Below are positions 20,411 through 30,998 of a DNA stretch of 64,000 nucleotides, one piece after another. The stretch comes from an uncultured Nitrososphaerota archaeon (GTDB taxonomy: Archaea > Asgardarchaeota > Njordarchaeia > Njordarchaeales > Njordarchaeaceae). A program made the position numbers and the translations under genes. The stretch lies in NCBI GenBank assembly GCA_964518475.1, contig CAZFGR010000002.1, forward strand, positions 1 through 64,000. The letters run 5' to 3'. Numbering within the stretch: position 1 is the stretch's first letter; every line of letters begins with the position of its first letter. The notes beneath the pieces are model-generated. The model made no database searches and was not told the DNA's origin. It worked only from the letters and a program-made list of their open reading frames with translations.

Positions 20411-22141
20411 ATGAAAAAAGTTCTTAAGGGTTCTGGCGTCTACCCAGATATTGGCATTGGGGAAGCTATTGTTTTGAGAAAGTATGAGATAGATGACTTA
20501 GTTAATATGTTGCGGGGAACTAAGGTTTCTCTCGAAGATTTCGAGAGAGCATTGGAGGCTGCTAAGAATGAGATATCAGAACTCATGACTCGATTGGAGA
20601 AGGTTGCTGGCAAGGATGTTCTGGAGCTCATGGAGTTTCAATTAATGATTCTTGAAGAAGACTCATTCACTGGGAGAATACGCGAACTCATAAAAGAAGG
20701 TATTCATCCCGCGGATGCTATCAAGCAGGTAATGGAGGAGGTTAGTGAGATCTTCCGACGTTCAGAGAGCGTATATATGCGGCAGAGAGTTAGTGATATC
20801 CAAGATTTGTGTATTAGATTACTGAAGAAGCTAGCGGGTCTTGAGGAGACTGAAGTCAAGAAGAAAGGAATAATCATTGCTCCAGAACTTCATCCTAGCG
20901 AGGTTCTTTACTTAGCAGATAAAATGGTTGGACTCGTTACTCAATATGGTACTGCTCTTTCCCACTTTGCAATAATAGCAAGAAGTTTAAGAATTCCAAC
21001 AGTGGTGAAGGTGAAAGATGCTTTAAGAGAAATAAGAGACGGTGATGTATTAGTTGTGAATGGGTTAAATGGTACAGTAATTATTAATCCTCCAGAGAAG
21101 GAACTGGAAGAGATCAAGAGAGCTAAAGAAGAATGGAGCAAGCTACTTCATGAAATAATTGAGAAGACAAAAGAACCTGCTATAATGAAGGATGGTGAGA
21201 CAAGAGTATTTGTTGTAGCTAATATTGGTAAAGAAGACGAGGCTGAAACTGCGGCTCATTATGGGGCTGAGGGAATAGGCCTATTTAGAACAGAGTTTTA
21301 CTTCCTTGGAAGAAATGAGCCACCAAGTGAGGATGAGCAGTTTCGAGCATATAAGTTTGTGGCTCAGCGATTATCTCCTCACCTAGTAATAATTAGGACT
21401 CTCGATATAGGCTCTGACAAGCCTATACCCTATATCCCGATGCATCATGAGCCGAATCCAGCGCTTGGTAAGAGAGCTATTAGACTGTATTGGAAAGAAC
21501 TTTGCGAAATAATACGTGCGCAATTCAGAGCAATTCTACGGGCGGCGAACCACGGAAATGTCGGTATTATGTTACCGATGGTTGCTGATGTTACGGAAGT
21601 AATTAAGGCTAGGGAATTCCTCGAAGAGCTGATTAATGAGCTAAAGAAAGAAGGAGTAAGTTTCGGTAATGTGAAATATGGGATAATGGTCGAGATTCCC
21701 TCAGCAGCATTACTTGCTGAAAAGTTCGCGAATTATGTAGATTTCATGAGTATTGGTACTAATGATTTAACTCAATATACACTCGCGATAGATAGAGCTG
21801 GGCTTGAGTGTCCAGAATTCTTTGATCATCTCCATCCAGCTGTTTTAAAACTGATAAAAAACGTTGTCGAAGCAACCAAGAATACTAACGTCGAAGTAAG
21901 TGTTTGTGGAGAAAGCGCTTCTGATATTTACGCTGTCCCTGTATTAATAGGTTTGGGAGTAAGGAAATTAAGTGTAACACCCTCTATGATTCCCATAATA
22001 AAGCACGTCATAAGACAATTATCTCCCGAAGAAGTTGAGAAACTTGCCGAAGAGGCATTAAGAGCATCCACACCACAAGAAGTTAGAGCTATTGTAAAGG
22101 AATTCTACGATAAGAAAGGTTTGAGACTACCAATAATGTAG
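20411..22141 (+). CDS. ptsI: PTS Enzyme I (PEP-protein phosphotransferase)
   Basis: LSHFAIIARS (phospho-His), GIGLFRTEF, RTLDIGSDK, EPNPALG.RAIR, MVEIPSA, SIGTNDLTQY, VCGE. GGTGA SD precedes the ATG at 20411. Confidence 0.95.
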   Translation: MKKVLKGSGVYPDIGIGEAIVLRKYEIDDLVNMLRGTKVSLEDFERALEAAKNEISELMTRLEKVAGKDVLELMEFQLMILEEDSFTGRIRELIKEGIHPADAIKQVMEEVSEIFRRSESVYMRQRVSDIQDLCIRLLKKLAGLEETEVKKKGIIIAPELHPSEVLYLADKMVGLVTQYGTALSHFAIIARSLRIPTVVKVKDALREIRDGDVLVVNGLNGTVIINPPEKELEEIKRAKEEWSKLLHEIIEKTKEPAIMKDGETRVFVVANIGKEDEAETAAHYGAEGIGLFRTEFYFLGRNEPPSEDEQFRAYKFVAQRLSPHLVIIRTLDIGSDKPIPYIPMHHEPNPALGKRAIRLYWKELCEIIRAQFRAILRAANHGNVGIMLPMVADVTEVIKAREFLEELINELKKEGVSFGNVKYGIMVEIPSAALLAEKFANYVDFMSIGTNDLTQYTLAIDRAGLECPEFFDHLHPAVLKLIKNVVEATKNTNVEVSVCGESASDIYAVPVLIGLGVRKLSVTPSMIPIIKHVIRQLSPEEVEKLAEEALRASTPQEVRAIVKEFYDKKGLRLPIM

Positions 22142-22203
22142 ACGTTTTCGTGTCCTAAAAAATCTCTAACCTTCTATTTTATGTTGATTTTTGTTTTAGT
22201 GCT

Positions 22204-22400
22204 CTAGTACTCCCTTAGCACTGTTTCTCTCAGTAATGGATCTGGGATTCGATAGAGGTTATTGCTTTTCTCTATGAGGTCGCACTTTATTTCTGGTAAA
22301 TAGCGAGTTATTTGATTGTTCGCCATTCTTCGACGTATTTTTATTTCCATATAGATCCTTTAGCTTCTTTCCATCTTTTGCTATGAATCTAATATCAAGT
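22204..22400 (-). pseudogene. C-terminal fragment of an archaeal ATPase (wHTH end)
   Basis: Minus strand reads KRWKEAK, then after a frameshift MEIKIRRRMANNQITRYL...LIEKSNNLYRIPDPLLRE. This matches the RW.E.K...I.RYL...IEK...Y.I.DP end of archaeal ATPases; no ATPase domain is present. Confidence 0.5.
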
Positions 22401-22624
22401 CATACCCCTGTAACTAAGTTACACCCTTATAACCTGATGTAAATCAAAAAGTATAAGAATTGCTAATAATGCCTAAAATAACGATATTTCGAATATTTCG
22501 CCAATAATAGTGGAAAAATTTCTAGACTAGTGAACTATGGAAAATTAAAAATAATTCAACCCTTAAGTATCTCTTTGAAAGGTCTTAACCAACTAAGAAG
22601 AGAATAAGGGAGGGGTTCAGTAGT

Positions 22625-24040
22625 ATGTCTTCTCTCGAAAATATAATTCCGAAAGAGTTTTTGACGAACACTATTGATCGGTGGAGGCAGAAAAGAGCTG
22701 AATATGTGGAGTGTAGAGCAGAGCTTAGACGGATCCTTAGGATAGAGATCAGGGACAAGGAAATAAGACAATTTAACAGTGCTATTTCTAGTGGAGTAGC
22801 TGTTAGGGTTCTTCTAGATGGGAAAATTCATTTCTTTTCAATATCTGCGGGAGAAATTGGAAAAGCTGAATTAACTAAGGAAAAACCCCTCTCCAACAGA
22901 TCATGGCTTCAAAAAGCGAAACTAAGAGAGAGGAGACCAATTCAGGATTCCGTAATTGTTGAGGAAAAACAAAAACTAGCCAATATTAGTCATGAGGAAA
23001 AGATAAAGTTTGTAAAAGAAATGCATGAAGAAGCCTTTGGAGACAAAGTCAAGACAGTCTCTACGATTTACTCTGAGGATATTGTTGAGAAATTGATAAT
23101 TACGAGCGAGGGTACGGATGTACATATGCGAATTCCATACGTAATATTGCGACACGAAATAACAGCTGAAAGCAATGGGAGAATAAATGCTTCGAGAGGG
23201 GTCTGGGGTGGAATAGGAGGCTTTGAAATAATGAGTTATAATGACGTTCTAGAAATGACTCAAAGAACCAGAAAGAGTGCCTGCGACGGCGTAGTAGCAA
23301 GAAGATGTCCGTCTGGAAAATTTAGAGTGCTTCTGGACGGTGACCTCAACCACTTACTAGCCCATGAGGCTCTAGGACATGCTGCTGAGGCGGATAGTCT
23401 TCGAACAGGTAGCGTCCTTAAGGGGAAGCTTGGTAAAAAGATTGCTAGTTCTTTAATCAATATTGTTGATGATGGTAGGTTCGAGATCAATGGTGTGAAA
23501 GGTTTCGGCTGGATACCATATGATGACGAAGGCACTCCCACGCAGAGAACATTAATCATTCAGGAAGGCGTTCTAAAATCATATATGAGTGATAGAATCA
23601 CAGCTGCTGAATACAATATTGAGTTGACGGGAAACTCTAGAGCACAGGACTGGACATTACCAAATATAGTCAGGATGAGAAATACGTTTATAGAGTCTAG
23701 CTCCCCAGATAAGGGATATAAGAATGAAGAATTACTAGAGGAGCTGAGGAATGGTTTGTTGTTGAGACGAGGAAGAGGCGGACAAGTAGACCCTACGAGA
23801 GGAGTTTTTACCTTTGGTGTTCAGGAAGCATACCTTGTTAGAAATGGAGAAGTTGTGGAAAGATTATCTAGTACGAGCATATCTGGGAATATCCTTGTCG
23901 TCCTAAAAAACATAGAAGCTATTGGTAGGGAGTTTGATCCTCCTCAAGAATCTGCTGGTTATTGTGGAAAGATAGGATTAGTTCCCGTCGGCGCATCCGG
24001 TCCATGGATCCTGGTTAAAAACCTTACAGTTGGGGGGTAA
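22625..24040 (+). CDS. tldD: TldD family metalloprotease (pair 1)
   Basis: HEALGHAAEAD (HExxxH), YDDEG, RMRNT, CGK near the C-terminus. Confidence 0.92.
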   Translation: MSSLENIIPKEFLTNTIDRWRQKRAEYVECRAELRRILRIEIRDKEIRQFNSAISSGVAVRVLLDGKIHFFSISAGEIGKAELTKEKPLSNRSWLQKAKLRERRPIQDSVIVEEKQKLANISHEEKIKFVKEMHEEAFGDKVKTVSTIYSEDIVEKLIITSEGTDVHMRIPYVILRHEITAESNGRINASRGVWGGIGGFEIMSYNDVLEMTQRTRKSACDGVVARRCPSGKFRVLLDGDLNHLLAHEALGHAAEADSLRTGSVLKGKLGKKIASSLINIVDDGRFEINGVKGFGWIPYDDEGTPTQRTLIIQEGVLKSYMSDRITAAEYNIELTGNSRAQDWTLPNIVRMRNTFIESSSPDKGYKNEELLEELRNGLLLRRGRGGQVDPTRGVFTFGVQEAYLVRNGEVVERLSSTSISGNILVVLKNIEAIGREFDPPQESAGYCGKIGLVPVGASGPWILVKNLTVGG

Positions 24041-24045
24041 GGATC

Positions 24046-25500
24046 ATGGAAGTTAATCTAGAAAGTATAGTAGATAATGCTCTCGAAACAGCTGCTAAGA
24101 TCGGTGCTTATCAATCAGAAATATTCGGTGCTAGAGGAAAACTACTAGTCCTAATGGTTGAGAAGTCTATTCCCTCGGCCATGACGAACTATGTTGGAGG
24201 ATTAGCTGTTCGAGTAGCAACAGAGAAGAATATTGGATTCGCATACACCACAAGCTTCTCTCCAGAAATGATTCAAGAGACTATAAAGTCAGCCCTAGAA
24301 AACGCCAAAGCTAAGGGAGAAGATAAATATTTTAAAGGGTTGCCCCCAGAAACCCCAACCACCGATATAACACCTACATACGATAAATCCACAGCAGAAC
24401 TCTCACTAGACGATGTCATAGACTTTTACGAAGCAGTAAAGAATACTATAGAGGAGAAAAAGAAGAAAATTGCCTTAATAGGCGGAGGAGTAATCGCGGG
24501 AGAAGTAGAAGTTGTTCTTAAGAACTCTTTAGGAGCTGGTAAACAAGGAAAAGCGACCCTAGTCAGTACCTTTCTATACTCACTAGCGACTGATGAAATA
24601 CCCCCAGCAATAATCGATACTTATGAAGCAAGAAACAGTATCAAAGAAATAGACCCTAATAAACTGGGAGAAAAACTCGCTGAAGAGACACTAAAAGCAA
24701 AAAGAGCCAAAGAAATAAACTACTCTGGAAAAGTCCCAGTAATCATCTTGCCAACAGCTCTCTCCTCGTTCCTCTGGGTCTTCTCGGAGGAAATTATTGC
24801 CCCAAATGTTGATAGAGGATCGACACCATTCAAAAGAGAGAAACTTGGTGAAAAAGTTGCTAGCGAAGAAGTGTCGATAATAGACAATCCGAGGGCTCAA
24901 GACTGTCCATGGAGAACTAGCAGAGACGATGAAGGAGTCCCAACTAAGGAGGTAGAGATAATAAGAGATGGCGTGTTAACTTCGCATTTAACAGATTACT
25001 ACTATGCAACAAAGTGGGGAGTAGAACCTACTGGTTCTTGCAGAAGAGTAGGTAGATGGTCGTTTGGATGGGATCCCTTAGTTCCACCAGGAGTTTCCCC
25101 TTGGTGGATAGAGATTAAGAGCAAGAATCAGGATACTCTAGAAAACATAATCAGTGATATTAAAGAGGGTTTCGTCATAAAATCCGTAATGGGTATTCAC
25201 CAATCCGATTTCACAAGTGGCAAATTCGCAGTACCAGCATTCGGTTGGTATATCAGAAATGGAGAAATAGCTCACCCAGTCCATAACTTGATGCTAAGCG
25301 GAACAATTCCAGAGCTCCTTAGAGGAATAAGAGCTATATCAAAGGAAACAGAAAGGACAGAGTATGGAGATCTACCCGCAGTACTTGTAGAGAACCTCGA
25401 TGTTGTAGCGAGCAAGTCCCCACTCCTATATAGAATTGGGCTAAAACTTTTCAATATTCTATTGAGAATTGGAATAGTAAAACATCCTCTCTTTTCCTAA
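24046..25500 (+). CDS. pmbA: TldE/PmbA family protein (pair 1)
   Basis: DDEGVPT, I.DGVL, PTG, SGKFAV. No HExxxH. Coupled to tldD. Confidence 0.88.
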   Translation: MEVNLESIVDNALETAAKIGAYQSEIFGARGKLLVLMVEKSIPSAMTNYVGGLAVRVATEKNIGFAYTTSFSPEMIQETIKSALENAKAKGEDKYFKGLPPETPTTDITPTYDKSTAELSLDDVIDFYEAVKNTIEEKKKKIALIGGGVIAGEVEVVLKNSLGAGKQGKATLVSTFLYSLATDEIPPAIIDTYEARNSIKEIDPNKLGEKLAEETLKAKRAKEINYSGKVPVIILPTALSSFLWVFSEEIIAPNVDRGSTPFKREKLGEKVASEEVSIIDNPRAQDCPWRTSRDDEGVPTKEVEIIRDGVLTSHLTDYYYATKWGVEPTGSCRRVGRWSFGWDPLVPPGVSPWWIEIKSKNQDTLENIISDIKEGFVIKSVMGIHQSDFTSGKFAVPAFGWYIRNGEIAHPVHNLMLSGTIPELLRGIRAISKETERTEYGDLPAVLVENLDVVASKSPLLYRIGLKLFNILLRIGIVKHPLFS

Positions 25501-25515
25501 AATTTTTATGGAGGC

Positions 25516-27396
25516 TTGTACTTGCAGGTTGAAGATCCTTACATATGGATGGAAAATCTTCAAGATCCGCGAGTTCTCGAATTTGTGGAAAAGGAAAATA
25601 AGAAGCTGAGAGAATTCCTAGGAGATCTACCCGACAAACTTTATCCAAGGATATCCAGGTACTACATGACTGAGTACGTTGTGATGGTAAGGGTAAGTGA
25701 TAAGGGATACTTCGGTTTGTTTAGGGAAGGAAATTCTTACAAAATTAAACTTATGACAAAGAAGGGAGAGTGGCGAGAACTTATTGATTCCCAATCCCTT
25801 GGAAAAGACTATATAATCCGGTATTTCTACACGAGTCCTGATGGAGAGATCCTTGCCTATACCTATTCCTATGGCGGTGCTGACGAAGGAGTTACAAAAT
25901 TTGTTAAAGTAGATACCATGGAGACTATTGACGAAATAAAAGGCGTGATAGGAAGTATTGTCTGGCTCAATCACGAGAAATTTTACTACGTTAAAATGTT
26001 TAGGAAAGAGAAAACACCTGATGGCGTTCCACCCCCAGCAACGAGAGTGTTCTTGAGAGAGAACGGTATCGATGAAATGGTTTATGGTCAGGGTCTACCC
26101 CCAGCATACTTCATCGGATTAGCAAAGTCCAATTTTAGTGATCAAGCCCTAGTCACTATTTCTTATGGATGGACTGAGAGCTCGGTTCATAGAGGACCTC
26201 TAAGAGATCCTAGCAAATGGGAGAAGATCTATGAAGGGAAAGGATTCCCGGTTTATCCAATAGAATACGTCAATAACCAGTACCTTGTAATATCATTCGA
26301 AAAGAATATGGGCGTGCTCCTTAGCATCAGTGATAATCAGGAAAAGAAGATTCTCGTAGATGAGTGGGAGTTTCCGCTACAAAACGCTGTCGTTGTTAAC
26401 GATAGGATACTGATACACTATCTAAGACACGCATCCTCAGTCATCAGGGCGTTTGATTTATCGGGGACGTTAATCGATACTGTAATCTCTGATGTCCCTG
26501 GAACAATATCATCACTTCACTCTAATGGTTCTGAAGCAGTTTTTAAGTTCGAGTCCTTCTGGATACCCTACCGTATCTATACCTATAGAGACAAAATCAA
26601 GTTAATAACCTCTAACGAGATCGAAAACGATTATACTGTCGAAGAAGACTTTACAGAATCCCGAGATGGCACCAAGATCCACCTATTCATTGTTAAGAGG
26701 AAAGGTACTGAGATACGAGATGTACTGATATTTGGTTATGGTGGGTTCAGAATAGCAATAACCCCAACATACGTCCCACATGTTCTTCCATTCATCGATG
26801 ATGGGGGAATATACGCTGTAGCCAATATTCGAGGAGGTACAGAGTATGGTGAGGAGTGGCATAGACTCGGCATGAGAGAGAATAAGCAGAACGTATTTGA
26901 CGATTTCATAGCAGCTATCGAGTACTTCAAGAATAAGGGATCACGAGTAATTGCTTCTGGAAGAAGTAATGGAGGTTTATTAGTAGGAGCCGTCTTAACG
27001 CAGAGACCAGAAATTTTAGATGGTGCATTAATAGGATACCCCGTACTCGACATGCTCAGGTTCCACAAATTATATATCGGAAAGGCATGGGTACCAGAAT
27101 ATGGAGACCCCGACAATCCAAGAGATGCCGAATTCCTGAGAAAATACTCACCCTACCACAACATATCCAAGGACAAGAAGTATCCACCCACCCTAGTATA
27201 TACGGGACTACACGACGATAGAGTACACCCCGCCCATGCATTCAAGTTCGTAGCCAAATTGGAGGAAGTAGGAGCACCAGTGTATCTAAGAGTGGAAACA
27301 GCCAGCGGACACGCGGGAGCAACGCCAGAAATTAAGATAAAAGAATACTCAGACTTACTAGCCTTTGTCTATAAGGTTCTGGAAAAGAAAGTATGA
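25516..27396 (+). CDS. Prolyl oligopeptidase (S9A)
   Basis: EDPYIWMENL, GYGGF, GRSNGG (Ser), DDRV (Asp), SGHAG (His). Confidence 0.95.
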   Translation: MYLQVEDPYIWMENLQDPRVLEFVEKENKKLREFLGDLPDKLYPRISRYYMTEYVVMVRVSDKGYFGLFREGNSYKIKLMTKKGEWRELIDSQSLGKDYIIRYFYTSPDGEILAYTYSYGGADEGVTKFVKVDTMETIDEIKGVIGSIVWLNHEKFYYVKMFRKEKTPDGVPPPATRVFLRENGIDEMVYGQGLPPAYFIGLAKSNFSDQALVTISYGWTESSVHRGPLRDPSKWEKIYEGKGFPVYPIEYVNNQYLVISFEKNMGVLLSISDNQEKKILVDEWEFPLQNAVVVNDRILIHYLRHASSVIRAFDLSGTLIDTVISDVPGTISSLHSNGSEAVFKFESFWIPYRIYTYRDKIKLITSNEIENDYTVEEDFTESRDGTKIHLFIVKRKGTEIRDVLIFGYGGFRIAITPTYVPHVLPFIDDGGIYAVANIRGGTEYGEEWHRLGMRENKQNVFDDFIAAIEYFKNKGSRVIASGRSNGGLLVGAVLTQRPEILDGALIGYPVLDMLRFHKLYIGKAWVPEYGDPDNPRDAEFLRKYSPYHNISKDKKYPPTLVYTGLHDDRVHPAHAFKFVAKLEEVGAPVYLRVETASGHAGATPEIKIKEYSDLLAFVYKVLEKKV

Positions 27397-27559
27397 TCTC
27401 ATACTTCTTTCACTCATTTTTATTACGGCAAGTCAGAAGCAGGCAATTACATATCTGTTGCGTTGATTTTTGGTGCCGTAAATCGTTGAGATATTATCTT
27501 GTCCGAGAGCTACCCTATAGTGAAGACTAATAATACCCCTCAAAGAGTTGTTTTCTTGA

Positions 27560-28450
27560 TCAAATTAGTGTCAGGAGAATTCCGATAACTATCAATACTG
27601 TTCCAATGACTTGCCAAGACCCTACCTTCTCCTTCAATAAAATAACCGCTAGGAACAAGGATAGCATTGGTGAGGAGGTCGTTATAGCGGCTGCTGATCC
27701 CGCTCCTATTCTAGCCAGTCCTATATAAAAGAACCAATCTCCAATCCCGATTCCGAAGACACCACCGATCATGCCTATTAAAAGTGTTCTCTTATCTATA
27801 CTAGCCTTCACCTCCTCTTGTCTCAGCCAGAAAATAGGTGATGTCATCACGAAGAGTATAATGAGCTTAATTATCGCTGTCGCTATAGGATCAGTCTCTA
27901 TTAGCATTATCCTAAATAGTATTATTCCAAAGGAGAATGCAAGAGCTGCTCCTATACCCGCTAAGACGCCTATTGAGAAGCTATAACCAGTAGTTATGGC
28001 CACTTCCTGTTTCTTACTAGATAGAAGCCATACACCAGTAACAGCTATTATTGTCCCTAGAAGAAGGTTCATTCTAAGAGGTTCTGCAAGGATAATTGTC
28101 GCTAGAATAGCTACAAAGACTGGATACATGTACGCTAATGGGTAACCAATCGCAACACCTACATTTCTAATTGCGAGAAGATATAAAGTATCTCCCACAA
28201 TATTCATAACAAAAGTCGCCAAAACAAGGTAGAGAAGAGTTTTCACAGTAGTGATAATAATTAGAGCCTCTGAAATCTTTCCATCAAGAAGAGCTATAGT
28301 AGTTAAAACTAGAAATGCTAGGGGTATTCTAATAATGTTGGCGATAAAAGGATTTGTGGCCCTAGACAATGCTTTTCGATAAAAAATGGATGCCAATGCC
28401 CAGCAGAATGCTCCGCAAAAAGTTATTAGAGCCCCGAAAACATCTATCAA
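27560..28450 (-). CDS. EamA/DMT family transporter
   Basis: About ten TM helices in two repeats, with L.EP / LLKEK and G..L.V.G motifs. Confidence 0.88.
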   Translation of the reverse strand: MIDVFGALITFCGAFCWALASIFYRKALSRATNPFIANIIRIPLAFLVLTTIALLDGKISEALIIITTVKTLLYLVLATFVMNIVGDTLYLLAIRNVGVAIGYPLAYMYPVFVAILATIILAEPLRMNLLLGTIIAVTGVWLLSSKKQEVAITTGYSFSIGVLAGIGAALAFSFGIILFRIMLIETDPIATAIIKLIILFVMTSPIFWLRQEEVKASIDKRTLLIGMIGGVFGIGIGDWFFYIGLARIGAGSAAAITTSSPMLSLFLAVILLKEKVGSWQVIGTVLIVIGILLTLI

Positions 28451-28515
28451 TGAGACCCCCGGAGTCTCAACAACTTTCTCGTAGTTATAAATTTTTATCC
28501 TCTCTTAGGCTGAGG

Positions 28516-28550
28516 AATTATAATTATAATTGATAATGATAATTATAATT
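28516..28550. promoter_or_regulatory. AATTATAATT palindrome cluster upstream of vapBC (possible autoregulatory operator)
   Basis: The palindromic 10-mer occurs at 28516, 28522 and 28541, just before the GGTGA SD. Confidence 0.4.
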
Positions 28551-28561
28551 GGTGAGTAAAA

Positions 28562-28798
28562 ATGAATGTATCCACGATAACTATTTCCTCTAGAATAAAA
28601 AAGAGGTTGATGAAACTTAAGGGAAATAAGAGTTGGGACGAGTTCTTCGAGGAAATTATAGAACAGCTAGAGATCCAAAAGCTCGTGGAGGAAGCGAAGA
28701 AGTTTCAGGAGGAGTTTCAATTAAGCGATGATGAAGCAAAGAAAATGCTTAAGTTTTTGCGAAAAAGCAGACATGAATGGAGGTTTAGATATCCATGA
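28562..28798 (+). CDS. vapB: VapB-type antitoxin
   Basis: STITIS..IKKRL.KLKG.KSWDEF; ATGA overlap with the PIN-domain gene. Confidence 0.85.
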   Translation: MNVSTITISSRIKKRLMKLKGNKSWDEFFEEIIEQLEIQKLVEEAKKFQEEFQLSDDEAKKMLKFLRKSRHEWRFRYP

Positions 28799-29190
28799 GA
28801 AAAGAAGTTGTAATAGATACCTCCTACCTAATAATCTTACTGAAACAGAAGAGAATAGATGCTCTAGTCAGAAACTATATTCCATACCTTGTTGATATAT
28901 CCCTGTACGAGTACCTAAGAGGAGAGTATTATATTGGCCGAGACATTAAGAAAGCTAAAGAATACCTAGAGAAGATATTTAACATTATCCACTTAGACAA
29001 CAAAATAATTCTAAAAGCATGTGAAATATGGGGAGATCTAGCCAAGAAAGGAGAACTAATACCTGAACCAGATATCCTCATCGGAGCTGCATGCATAGTC
29101 AACGATCTCCCCTTATTAACCCTAGATTCAGACGACTTCAAGAGATTAGAGGAATATGGACTAAAATTAGAGGAACCCTCAACGATTTGA
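28795..29190 (+). CDS. vapC: VapC PIN-domain ribonuclease toxin
   Basis: IDTSYLI, YEY, D.LIGA, LLTLD.DDF. Confidence 0.9.
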   Translation: MRKEVVIDTSYLIILLKQKRIDALVRNYIPYLVDISLYEYLRGEYYIGRDIKKAKEYLEKIFNIIHLDNKIILKACEIWGDLAKKGELIPEPDILIGAACIVNDLPLLTLDSDDFKRLEEYGLKLEEPSTI

Positions 29191-29555
29191 AAATAATCCT
29201 AACTTGAACAAGAAGGTCTTCCCCTAATCGAGACCTAAAAATCTTTCTCATAAGATTTGAACCATTCGAGAATATATTCCACAATAATATAGATTATTAA
29301 TGTATCCATGTTGATTATTATAGGAGTATCTGATTGATCCCTCTTCCTCTCTTCGCGTCGGTTTCTCCAAAATCTCCCGCCTTCTTAAAGATTCAAAGAC
29401 ATTTTAACGTTTCCTCTAGTTGATTTAGTCTATTTCAAAACCTTATCTATTACCACACCAAGAATCTTAACAAGCTCCTTACCTCATTCTTCTTTTCGCA
29501 AAAACTTTTTATGTGGATCTTTCCTTTTCTTAAACAACATTCCTCTGGTGTTCCT

Positions 29556-30998
29556 ATGGAGGATTTAGCTGAATTAGCTATTGAAACCGCTCTTAAAGCT
29601 GGCGCACATTATGCTGATTTTAGGTTTGTTGAGCAATTCTCCGAGAGAATAATCACACGAAACGCTAAGGTTCGCGACGTCATAATCAGTAGAAGTAAGG
29701 GATTCGGAATTCGTGTAATAGTAGATGGAGCTTGGGGATTCTCTAGCAGTAATAATATTACACCAGACGAAGTAAAGAGGATTGTCCTAGAAGCTATACA
29801 AATAGCTAGAGCTAGCGCTAAAGTAAAGAGAAAGGACGTAGAGCTCGCACCCGTTAAGCCTGTAAAGGATGCTTACAAGACTCCCGTTGTTAAAGATCCT
29901 TTCGAAGTACCTCTTGAAGAAAAACTTGAGTTGTTAACAGAGTGTGATAAGCGTATAATGGAAAATGGAGAGTTGATAAAGGTCGCTACTTCTTCTATGA
30001 CTATTTTCAGGGAGAACAAATTCTTGGCAACGAGTGAAGGTGCTAGAATAAGGCAGGAAATAACCTGGTGCGGCGCAACCACTAGAGCAATAGCTGTGGG
30101 GCATGGAGATACCCAAGACAGATCATTCGATGGTAGAAACTATAGAACTGGAGGCTATGAAGTTATAGAAGCGGAGAATCTCTTAGAAAAAGCTAGTGAG
30201 ATTGGAAAAGAGGCAATAATGCTCCTAACAGCCAAGAGTTGTCCATCAGGAGTTATGGATGTAATAATAGGAGGAAGTCAGCTAGCTCTTCAAATACATG
30301 AGTCCTGTGGGCATCCTTCTGAACTTGACCGGGTACTAGGTTCTGAAGCTAGTTACGCTGGTACCAGCTTTCTAACCCCTGACAAGCTTGGAAAATTTAG
30401 GTACGGAAGCGAAGTCGTTAACATTGTCGCTGATGCCACAGTTCCAGGAGGCTTAGGGACATTTGGATATGACGACGAAGGTGTCCCCGCTCAGAGGGTA
30501 TATCTGGTTAAAGAGGGCATATTCGTAGGATACTTAACGGATAGAGAATATGCTGCTAAACTAGGGCTACCCTCGAGTACTGGTGCTGCTAGAGCTTCTG
30601 GATGGAATAGAATACCCCTTGTCAGAATGACTAATATTAATTTAGAACCGGGCGATTGGGATTTCGAAGAACTCATTCAAGATACTAAAAAGGGATTATT
30701 CGTTGAGACCAATAGGAGCTGGAGTATTGATGATAAGCGATTAAACTTCCAGTTTGGTACCCAGATAGCTTATATTATTGAGAATGGCGAGATGAAGAAG
30801 TTGGTAAAGAACGCTACCTATACTGGTATAACTCCTGAGTTCTGGAGATCATGTGACGCTGTCTGCAACGAGAAGTATTGGAGAATGTGGGGTACTCCAA
30901 ACTGTGGAAAAGGAGAACCTTCGCAAGTTATGTATGTTGGTCACGGAACAGCCCCTGCTAGGTTCAGGAACATTAGAGTAGGTGTTGGGAAATGGTAG
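29556..30998 (+). CDS. tldD: TldD family metalloprotease (pair 2)
   Basis: HESCGHPSELD, YDDEG, RMTN, NCGKGEP. Start at MEDLAE. Confidence 0.92.
   Translation: MEDLAELAIETALKAGAHYADFRFVEQFSERIITRNAKVRDVIISRSKGFGIRVIVDGAWGFSSSNNITPDEVKRIVLEAIQIARASAKVKRKDVELAPVKPVKDAYKTPVVKDPFEVPLEEKLELLTECDKRIMENGELIKVATSSMTIFRENKFLATSEGARIRQEITWCGATTRAIAVGHGDTQDRSFDGRNYRTGGYEVIEAENLLEKASEIGKEAIMLLTAKSCPSGVMDVIIGGSQLALQIHESCGHPSELDRVLGSEASYAGTSFLTPDKLGKFRYGSEVVNIVADATVPGGLGTFGYDDEGVPAQRVYLVKEGIFVGYLTDREYAAKLGLPSSTGAARASGWNRIPLVRMTNINLEPGDWDFEELIQDTKKGLFVETNRSWSIDDKRLNFQFGTQIAYIIENGEMKKLVKNATYTGITPEFWRSCDAVCNEKYWRMWGTPNCGKGEPSQVMYVGHGTAPARFRNIRVGVGKW

Noticed and set aside
29200-29490. Possible decayed second vapBC on the minus strand (IIINMDTLIIY-like fragment)
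   Set aside because: Too degenerate to support from sequence alone.
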